A DNA stretch of 64,000 bases. It comes from Chitinophagales bacterium. Its GTDB lineage: Bacteria > Bacteroidota > Bacteroidia > Chitinophagales > LD1. The position numbers and the translations under genes were made by a program. The stretch's first letter is position 1. Every line of letters starts with the position of its first letter. Positions 57,195-64,000 of the stretch are shown here, piece after piece. The DNA is taken from NCBI GenBank assembly GCA_046329495.1, contig JAXLUO010000007.1:61749-125748 (forward strand). Reading direction: 5' to 3'. Below the pieces are notes generated by a model, which saw nothing but the letters and a program-made list of their open reading frames with translations, searched no databases and was not told the DNA's origin.

Positions 57195-57755
57195 ATGAGT
57201 TCATACCGTTTAGCACACCGATACGCAAAGTCGTTACTGACGCTGGCCCAGGAAAAAGGCAAGTTGAACGACGTAAATGCCGATTTCCGCCTGGTGGACG
57301 CCGCCCTGGAAAGCAGCAGCGAACTGCGTGCTTTTTTCAAGAGCCCTATCATTGCTTCTGATAAGAAGTTGATTGTGGCCAAGAAGTTGTTTGAAGGCAA
57401 AACCAGTGAAATAGTTTACAACTTCCTGGTGCTGCTTATCAAAAAGGGCCGCGAAGCTTTCATTCACGATATTGCCAACTCGTTCATCGAACAATACAAC
57501 ACCGTTTCAGGAATTACACCGGTAACCTTTACCAGTGCTGTTAAACTGGATGCTGCACAAGTATCACAGATCATCAACTCGCTGAAGGCTAAGGAAAACC
57601 TGAAGACAATCGAATTAACCGAAGTTATCGAACCTGCTTTGATAGGTGGTTTCGTATTGCAATACGGTGATAAGATGATTGACGCCAGCATCAAAAATCA
57701 ATTACACGGCTTCCGTAAGATCGTTGAAGATGATTCTTATATCAAGAAATACTAG
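57195..57755 (+). CDS. atpH: F0F1 ATP synthase subunit delta (OSCP)
   Basis: RLAHRYAKSLLTLAQEKGKL... and the C-terminal GGFVLQYGDKMIDASIKNQL. Confidence 0.9.
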   Translation: MSSYRLAHRYAKSLLTLAQEKGKLNDVNADFRLVDAALESSSELRAFFKSPIIASDKKLIVAKKLFEGKTSEIVYNFLVLLIKKGREAFIHDIANSFIEQYNTVSGITPVTFTSAVKLDAAQVSQIINSLKAKENLKTIELTEVIEPALIGGFVLQYGDKMIDASIKNQLHGFRKIVEDDSYIKKY

Positions 57756-57775
57756 AGAGCTACTACTCCAAATTT

Positions 57776-57806
57776 TAAAAAGCCCGCTATGCGGGCTTTA
57801 TTTTTT
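57776..57806. terminator. Bidirectional terminator after atpH, overlapping the stop of the convergent gene
   Basis: AAAAAGCCCGC-tat-GCGGGCTTTATTTTTT. Confidence 0.8.
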
Positions 57807-58655
57807 GCGTGGCTTATTGAAATAATCTTGCGAATGCCTTTTGCGGAAAAGTAGCAGTAGTTTAGAACGTTTCCTTTTAACGTGCGGATCTTCCACTACC
57901 TGCGCTACCATACCCAGAACAGTAGTGATTGTTTGTGTTACTCTGGTCGATACTATTTCTGCTGCCGGCAATAAGTTGGTAGTATCTCTATAAATACTGA
58001 TAGGTCCTGCAAAAGCCAATCTATCAATATGCATAGTAGTATCTATAATACGCGCCCCTTCAGTATTGTCCTTCGTTTTTTGCGCTTCTGTTGGGCTAAT
58101 ATTAACTTCTCTTTCTAACCAGGATGCAGGAAGTAAAAATTCAAACTCCCCTTTTTCGTTTGTCATACAGGTAAAATCGGTATCGCTAATACAAATAGTC
58201 GCTCCTGCAACCGGCGTGTTACTTCCCCGGTCATAAACCGCTCCCTGAATGGCGATAGTGCTATCAGCCTTTGGAGTGGAGTGATTGGTACTATCACTTT
58301 TAGTTCCGGTAACAACAATTTGGGTATCGCTTGGTTTGGAAGCGCTTAGCTGGTTCCATGCGGTAGAAAAGAACAAGAATGCTGCGGCTGCTTTTTCAAA
58401 AAGCAAAGAACGCTTTGGTCTACTTGTTTCAGGAAGTATGGATCTGTCTAACTGATTTTTGCGGAAGCGACCGCAATGTAGGCTGCCGGCTTGCATAAGG
58501 GCGATTAACTCCGTATCGGTTAGGCTGGTGTAGTCTTGTATCACTCGGTTGCACATAGCGCAATGGCGTCCTTGCGCTTCGGGAGTCATCTGCTCCCAAT
58601 CCTGGGTACAGGGCTCAGGAATACTTAATAAATAGTGTTTTTGCCGGTTATGCAT
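57798..58655 (-). CDS. Cys-rich N-terminal motif plus CarboxypepD_reg-like domain protein
   Basis: IPEPCTQDWEQM...GRHCAMCNRVIQDYT...LHCGRF, then IQGAVYDRGSNTPVAGATICI...TNEKGEFEF. Confidence 0.65.
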   Translation of the reverse strand: MHNRQKHYLLSIPEPCTQDWEQMTPEAQGRHCAMCNRVIQDYTSLTDTELIALMQAGSLHCGRFRKNQLDRSILPETSRPKRSLLFEKAAAAFLFFSTAWNQLSASKPSDTQIVVTGTKSDSTNHSTPKADSTIAIQGAVYDRGSNTPVAGATICISDTDFTCMTNEKGEFEFLLPASWLEREVNISPTEAQKTKDNTEGARIIDTTMHIDRLAFAGPISIYRDTTNLLPAAEIVSTRVTQTITTVLGMVAQVVEDPHVKRKRSKLLLLFRKRHSQDYFNKPRKK

Positions 58656-58716
58656 AAAACTAATTTAAACATTAAGGGATTACCTTCTTTCTATCTGAGC
58701 CTTTTGTTACAAAACG

Positions 58717-59685
58717 ATGACAATGGCAGGGGTTTTTAATGGTCGCTTAAACTGCCCGGAAATTGATTTAATTTGGAACGTGAACCATTTCTGCACCATT
58801 ACAACGGCCAGTCACCTATATAAAGTATATGCATTGGCTGAGTCGTTGCAACAATTTGGTGAATGCACCCTGCATGTATTGGTAGTGGATGCCGGGCAGC
58901 AACCTGCTTTTAACGGATGCCGGTTTTATGGCTTGCAGGAAATTGCCGGAACCCCGGTGGCCCAAACCATCATTGCTAAATACAAAGGCAACAGCAACAA
59001 ACTGCGCTGGAGTTTAAAGCCCGTGATGTTGCAATGGTTGCTGAAGCAAAAAGCTATTGACCGGGTTATTTACCTCGATAATGACCTCTTCTTTTATTCG
59101 GCCTGGCAGTTTATGTTCGAGTTGCTTCAAACACATTCACTACTGCTAACTCCCCATTATTACAAGCACGACCCTACGCGTGAACAGAACTGGTTTGAAG
59201 CCAACTTCCGTGTAGGTTTATATAATGCAGGTTTTGTAGGTGCCAGTCGCCAGGCAACCGGTACATTACAGTGGTGGGCCGAAAGTTGCGCTTATCGTTG
59301 CGAAAAGAACGCCTGGCGCGGTTTGTTCGACGACCAAAAATATCTGGACCTGGTGCCGGTTATGGAGGAAAAGGCCCATGTGCTTCGCCATAAGGGTTGT
59401 AATGTGGCGGGCTGGAATCAGGAACTTTGCCCACGCATTAAAAGTGGAAACGACGTGCTCATTGATGGCAAGTTCCCGGTGGTATTTATTCACTTTAACA
59501 ACTACACAATAAGCGAATTACTGAATGGTACCGATAGCTTGCTGGTACCCCATTATGAAAGGTACGAGGCTGTGCTTAAAAAGCACAAACCGGCATTACA
59601 ACGCAGCGAGTTGTTCTCGCCACAACCTTTCAGCGATAAGCTTAAATTCACCCTTTGGAAAATTGCCACTGACCTGGGATTGTAA
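58717..59685 (+). CDS. Putative GT-A-fold nucleotide-sugar glycosyltransferase
   Basis: FCTITTASHLYKVYAL, DxD-like VIYLDNDLFFY, LYNAGFVGA, and DQKYLDL...GCNVAGWN. There is a 3-nt gap to the next gene. Confidence 0.55.
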   Translation: MTMAGVFNGRLNCPEIDLIWNVNHFCTITTASHLYKVYALAESLQQFGECTLHVLVVDAGQQPAFNGCRFYGLQEIAGTPVAQTIIAKYKGNSNKLRWSLKPVMLQWLLKQKAIDRVIYLDNDLFFYSAWQFMFELLQTHSLLLTPHYYKHDPTREQNWFEANFRVGLYNAGFVGASRQATGTLQWWAESCAYRCEKNAWRGLFDDQKYLDLVPVMEEKAHVLRHKGCNVAGWNQELCPRIKSGNDVLIDGKFPVVFIHFNNYTISELLNGTDSLLVPHYERYEAVLKKHKPALQRSELFSPQPFSDKLKFTLWKIATDLGL

Positions 59686-59688
59686 ACT

Positions 59689-62580
59689 ATGGCCAAACAG
59701 AAGATAGAAAAGCAGGTTGCGCCTGCAAAGCCAAAGGCTGTTGTAGAAAAGAAGGATATACGCCGGTTCTTTCCTTTAATTGTGTTTGGTTTTAGCACGC
59801 TCATCTATTTTAACTCCATACTGAATAATTACAGCATGGACGATGAGCTGGTTACACAAAATCACCGATTAACCAGTAAAGGTATTAGCGCCATCCCTGA
59901 AATTTTCCGCTCGCCGTATTATGAGGACCGCGCCGGTTACAAATACGAGTATCGTCCTCTGGTATTAGTAACCTTTGCTATTGAGCACAGCATATTTGGC
60001 GATAACCCCCATGTAAGTCACTTTATAAATGTTTTGTTGTATGGCTTGCTGTGTTTGGTATTGTTCAATCTGCTGAAACTGTTATTCGCTTCCTACGATG
60101 TAACTTTTGCTTTGCTTGTTACCCTGGTATTTGCGGCGCACCCTACTCATACCGAAGTGGTAGCCAGCATAAAAAACCGTGATGAAATCTTGGCGCTCTT
60201 GTTTGGTTTATTCAGCTTGAGCTATGCCTGGCAATTTGCAAAGGATGGTGCGTGGTGGAAGCTATTGCTCGTGCCTGTCATGCTGCTGCTGGGTATTCTG
60301 GCTAAATCAACCACCATCACCTTTGCAATTTTAATTCCACTTACGGTAATTCTACTGGGCCAGGTAACTGCGTTGCGTTTATTTTTAATAACGCTGGTAC
60401 TGGTGCTTCCTTCGGTATTCTACTCCCGCTTGTATTCGGTAACACAACAGCTATTGTTTGTAGCAGCCATTTTTGTCGCTGTGTTTGTTCTATATCTGTT
60501 ACGCCATGGGTTTAATTGGCAAGCAGTTAAACAGGCTGCAGGTAATGCCGGTAACAGCGGGCAGAAGGATGTAGCCGAGCAAAAGCTTGACTTCTCTTTA
60601 TTAAAGAGTCCCTTAGTGGCTGTATCCTTCTTTGTAAGCGTAGTAGTTGTGCTGGCCGTTGCATTAACAGGGCTTTCCATGGGCAATATGTGGTTGGCGG
60701 TAATACCGGCATTTGTATTAGTGGCTACCTTTGTTGCAGCAAAAACCGAATTACGGTTCTTTCTCATTTTGCCAATAACCATTGTGGTAAGCTATATGGC
60801 GGTGCGCTTTCAGGCTAATACAATGGCGGTTGAAGCAATGTTGATTGCTTTTCTAATGGCACAATACCTGCAAGGCAACAAACAACTAAAAACTATGGCT
60901 ATCGGCAGCTATCTGTTTTACACGCTGATGGTAGTTGTGCTGAAACATTCTTTTTTTCCTGCCGCTGTACTGCTGTTTGCAATGTTTATTAACCGGCGCC
61001 TATGGCCATTAACTGCAGCCCTATCGGTAGCAGCCCTTGGTTTTTTAGCGATTAAGATCCTGGCAATTGCTAAAGGTTCACAAGTAATCAATATTAGTTT
61101 GGCCTCAACGCCGGTATTGTTATTGAGTATTCTTCTATTGTGGAAAGCAAAGTCATCCATACAAACATTGGCAACCGTAATTGCATTACCCGTTCTGTTG
61201 CTGGTATACTTTATGGTGGCCCCTCCCTCGTTTAATAATGATGTGGTTTCGGGTGTTCAACGCACCTACTATCAATTAAACACCACCAAAGCAGCAGATC
61301 TTAATCCTGTTAAATCGGTTCGCCCTCTTTATTATATCGAAAACCCGGTTACATCTTCCGACCCCTTGCGCCTGCGTATAGGCATTGCAATGGTAGCGCT
61401 CGGTCAGTATCTGAAAATGATGCTGGTGCCGTATCCAATGAGTTTCTACTACGGCTATGCTTACTTTAAACCAACCGATGTGTTGCAGGCTGGACCGTTA
61501 ATCGTACTGTTCATACATATAATGCTGTTTTTGGCGGCATTTGTGCTCATCCGGCGGTTACCCTTAATTAGCTATTGTATCTTCTTTTATCTGGCTTCCA
61601 TTTTTGTTTTTAGTAACCTTATCATTCCGGTTCCGGGTGTTTTTGGCGATCGTTTTCTATTAATTCCTTCTATAGCCTTTGCAATAGCTTTGGTATATGG
61701 GGCTTACAAATTATTTAAGCACCCGTTAGAACAGCCTGTTGTATTCAAGGGTAATTATGCGCGTCCGTTACAAGTAAGCATAGAAGTACTGCTGGCAGCC
61801 TATATGTTGCTTACAGTTTCACGTAACAGCGATTGGAAGGATCATCTTACACTTTTCAGGCACGATATTGAAGTGGTGGGCAATTCAGCCCAGGCACAAA
61901 ACCTGTTGGCCGTGCACTTATTTAAAAATGCTACCGAGAGCACCGATATCAATGTTAAGTTCGATCTGCTGAATCAGGCCAGCGAACATTTTAAACGGGC
62001 TATAGAGATTTATCCGCAATTCCTGAATGCTAATTATGACCTTGGCCGTAGTTATTATGCCATAGCCAGTTTGTATAGCTATCAAAAGAATACCACGAAG
62101 GCCTCGCAATTTGCCGATATGGCTTATACGCAATATGCAAAGACCTTACAGATAGATTCCACTTTTGTCGTTCCCAGCTTCGAGATGGGCGTTATTATGG
62201 ATAATAAGGGCAACCTGCAACAAGCCATCGCGGACTATGAACGTTTTCTGAGTAAGATCAAAACCCAAAAAGAAGCCTACGCAAATCTTAGTTATGTGTA
62301 TTTCCGTTTAGGAGATTACGAAAACGCAATCCGAACAAACCAGCGTTTATTGCTGGTAATGCCTAACACGTACGAGCCTACCGTGAACATTGCCAAAACA
62401 TACGTTAAAGCCGGGATCAGAGATAGCGCCATCATCTATTTCGAAAAGGCTTATGTGATCAATCAGAACGACCTGAATGTATTAAAAACACTCTACCAAC
62501 TTGCTGTTGAAGCAGGCGATTCCTATCGCGCTGGTCAGTACTTTATGAAGTTAAAGGAAAGAGGGATAAACGTTAAATAG
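59689..62580 (+). CDS. TMTC/PMT-like GT-C membrane glycosyltransferase with C-terminal TPR repeats
   Basis: More than 15 TM helices. The first loop carries an acidic motif (NYSMDDELV), followed by EYRPLVLVTFAIE and AHPTHTEVVASIKNRDEIL as in TMTC/DUF1736-type proteins. The C-terminal ~280 aa is TPR-like. Confidence 0.75.
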   Translation: MAKQKIEKQVAPAKPKAVVEKKDIRRFFPLIVFGFSTLIYFNSILNNYSMDDELVTQNHRLTSKGISAIPEIFRSPYYEDRAGYKYEYRPLVLVTFAIEHSIFGDNPHVSHFINVLLYGLLCLVLFNLLKLLFASYDVTFALLVTLVFAAHPTHTEVVASIKNRDEILALLFGLFSLSYAWQFAKDGAWWKLLLVPVMLLLGILAKSTTITFAILIPLTVILLGQVTALRLFLITLVLVLPSVFYSRLYSVTQQLLFVAAIFVAVFVLYLLRHGFNWQAVKQAAGNAGNSGQKDVAEQKLDFSLLKSPLVAVSFFVSVVVVLAVALTGLSMGNMWLAVIPAFVLVATFVAAKTELRFFLILPITIVVSYMAVRFQANTMAVEAMLIAFLMAQYLQGNKQLKTMAIGSYLFYTLMVVVLKHSFFPAAVLLFAMFINRRLWPLTAALSVAALGFLAIKILAIAKGSQVINISLASTPVLLLSILLLWKAKSSIQTLATVIALPVLLLVYFMVAPPSFNNDVVSGVQRTYYQLNTTKAADLNPVKSVRPLYYIENPVTSSDPLRLRIGIAMVALGQYLKMMLVPYPMSFYYGYAYFKPTDVLQAGPLIVLFIHIMLFLAAFVLIRRLPLISYCIFFYLASIFVFSNLIIPVPGVFGDRFLLIPSIAFAIALVYGAYKLFKHPLEQPVVFKGNYARPLQVSIEVLLAAYMLLTVSRNSDWKDHLTLFRHDIEVVGNSAQAQNLLAVHLFKNATESTDINVKFDLLNQASEHFKRAIEIYPQFLNANYDLGRSYYAIASLYSYQKNTTKASQFADMAYTQYAKTLQIDSTFVVPSFEMGVIMDNKGNLQQAIADYERFLSKIKTQKEAYANLSYVYFRLGDYENAIRTNQRLLLVMPNTYEPTVNIAKTYVKAGIRDSAIIYFEKAYVINQNDLNVLKTLYQLAVEAGDSYRAGQYFMKLKERGINVK

Positions 62581-63093
62581 TTTTTTGCCAATTTCTAATT
62601 AGAGTTTTAATTAAATATTATAATTATTGAAGCTCTAACTATTATTTAATCGACAAAAAAATACAGCTCCTGTATTGTAATTAGTTCGCTTAAAAGCCTG
62701 TTTGTTTCTTTTTTAGTAATATTTTTATCGCTTAAGCGATGAAATAGGCATTTAATGATGTTTTCGCATTATGGCATGTGCCTTGCTGCTTAATTGATAG
62801 TTGACAAGGAACCTTTGTTCAATTATTATTAAAGGAACTATTAAGATTAACTGCCGTTGAACCGACAGTTGAATCTATGAAAACCTGAACTGCAGATTGG
62901 AACCGTAACTGCAGGTAATTTAGAACATATAGCTAATACAGACGTTGGCATTTCCTGAATTAAATAGGGAATGAAGGCAAATGGCTGATTTCTTTTATTC
63001 CTGCGTAAAGGAATTGTTGGAGTTGGCATGCTCGTTAGTGAAAATTAAAGTAGTTTAATTAAAAACAATAATTAAAAAAACATTAAAAAGCAG

Positions 63094-63641
63094 ATGAAGA
63101 AGATCTTTACGCCACTTGTCTTTAAAGCAACTTTGCTGAGCCTGTTCGCTGCTTTTATTTCGCTTAGCACGTTTAGTCAGTGCCCGGGCTATTTTTCGGT
63201 AGCCACGGTTACTCCTCCCTGTGGTAGTTATGCTACCCGCACCTTTAATCCGGGGGGGTATTTGCTAACAAACGTAGTTACCGGTGCGTTAGTGCCATAC
63301 TTACCGGCGATGTAACGTTCGAAGTGTTGGACTTTGTTCCGAACCCTACTGCCAACCTAACCAATCTGCTTATTACCTCAAACGTTTCGCAGGAAGTGCG
63401 TGTAGAACTGTATAATCTGATTGGTGAGCGAATGCTGGATCGCAACGTCCTGTTAAACAAGGGCGGAAACAACGTGCCGTTTAATTTAAATGCTTTGGCA
63501 TCGGGCACGTATACAGCACTGGTGCATACCGGCAACGAAGTTCATACCCGAAAAGTTCTTGTACAAAGTAACCCTCCTTGTTCCCTATTAGCGAAGGCCG
63601 CATTGTATGCGGCCTTTTTTATGTTTTATTGGGCTTGTTAA
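63094..63641 (+). pseudogene. Frameshifted small T9SS cargo gene (signal peptide in frame 1, T9SS C-terminal domain in frame 3)
   Basis: ORF 63094..63315 encodes a signal peptide and a short Cys-containing segment, then stops. ORF 63324..63641 encodes a T9SS CTD-like sequence (FVPNPTANLTNLLITS...VELYNLIGERM...SGTYTALVHTGNEVHTRKVLVQ). One extra base anywhere in 63249-63315 joins them. The ORF also reads through its own terminator hairpin. Confidence 0.55.
63594..63621 (+). terminator. Rho-independent terminator
   Basis: AAGGCCGCA-ttgt-ATGCGGCCTT followed by TTTTTT. Confidence 0.75.
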
Positions 63642-63708
63642 GGGCTGTAAAGGCACTACGAACAACCAAAAATTCTATTAGGTTTGCCACTCCTCAAAAT
63701 CGGACCAC

Positions 63709-64000
63709 GTGAAGCTTTCGGTAATAATGCCGGTTTACAATGAAAAAAAGACCATCCGCGAGATAATTGCGAAGGTAATGGCTGTGCCTATTGAAATTGA
63801 ACTGGTTATTGTAGATGATGGTTCAACCGATGGTACACGCGATATTTTAAAGGAATACGAAGGCAAGCCTAATATTAAGGTGGTTTATCACCAGCAAAAC
63901 AAGGGCAAAACCGGTGCCATTAAAACCGGCATACCTTATACCACCGGCGAAATTATCAGCATTCAGGATGGTGATTTAGAAACCGACCCGAATGATTTTG
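63709..64000 (+). CDS. Family 2 glycosyltransferase (3' end outside the window)
   Basis: GTG start, then KLSVIMPVYNEKKTIREII...LVIVDDGSTDGT...SIQDGDLE. The frame is open to the window end, so it is absent from the ORF track. Confidence 0.85.
   Translation, partial: MKLSVIMPVYNEKKTIREIIAKVMAVPIEIELVIVDDGSTDGTRDILKEYEGKPNIKVVYHQQNKGKTGAIKTGIPYTTGEIISIQDGDLETDPNDF

Noticed and set aside
62727-62740. 14-bp perfect palindrome ATCGCTTAAGCGAT in the AT-rich 500-bp spacer before the T9SS pseudogene
   Set aside because: It is a single occurrence with no second site or adjacent regulator gene. I cannot distinguish it from a chance palindrome in AT-rich DNA.

Overview
This 64-kb window looks like a chromosomal segment of a Bacteroidota genome, probably Sphingobacteriia- or Chitinophagia-like. 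The basis is T9SS C-terminal sorting domains, TonB-dependent receptors with CarboxypepD_reg domains, a TTTG/TAnnTTTG-type promoter, and a mid-40s % GC judged by eye. I call about 50 protein genes and found no tRNA, rRNA or CRISPR array. Housekeeping genes include a clpC fragment, a phosphohexomutase, pcm, smpB, recN, mnmE and a glutamine-synthetase-family gene. Two core operons appear as fragments. One is a six-gene ribosomal-protein block (rpsC-rplP-rpmC-rpsQ-rplN-rplX) with its own promoter-like motif and terminator, but no rplV upstream and no rplE downstream. The other is atpB-E-F-H without atpA or atpG. Other modules are mntH::usp followed by a TonB receptor; arsR-arsM-arsC; MBOAT plus two SGNH proteins; a radical-SAM enzyme (SPASM-like Cys motif at the N-terminus) with a GT-A-like protein and an SGNH hydrolase; a GT-A-like protein with a TMTC-like GT-C/TPR protein; and a CrtC/AttH-like::polyprenyl-synthase fusion. 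Five items deserve the most attention. (1) A DUF559 nuclease gene is bracketed by inverted copies of a hairpin repeat that is also amplified into a six-unit tandem array nearby, an arrangement resembling REP/RAYT. (2) Two tandem secreted tail-fibre-like proteins of about 1200 aa share a near-identical 792-nt 5' module, have divergent bodies, and carry S74-type intramolecular-chaperone domains. (3) A 2.1-kb ORF runs in-register antisense across two tandem fatty-acid-hydroxylase genes, which therefore contain no TTA, CTA or TCA codons. (4) Mosaic intergenic repeats bracket or precede several genes. (5) A T9SS-cargo gene is split by a frameshift that one extra base would repair, with a G7 tract inside the repairable interval. 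Functional calls come from motifs I recognise by eye. No database search was run.
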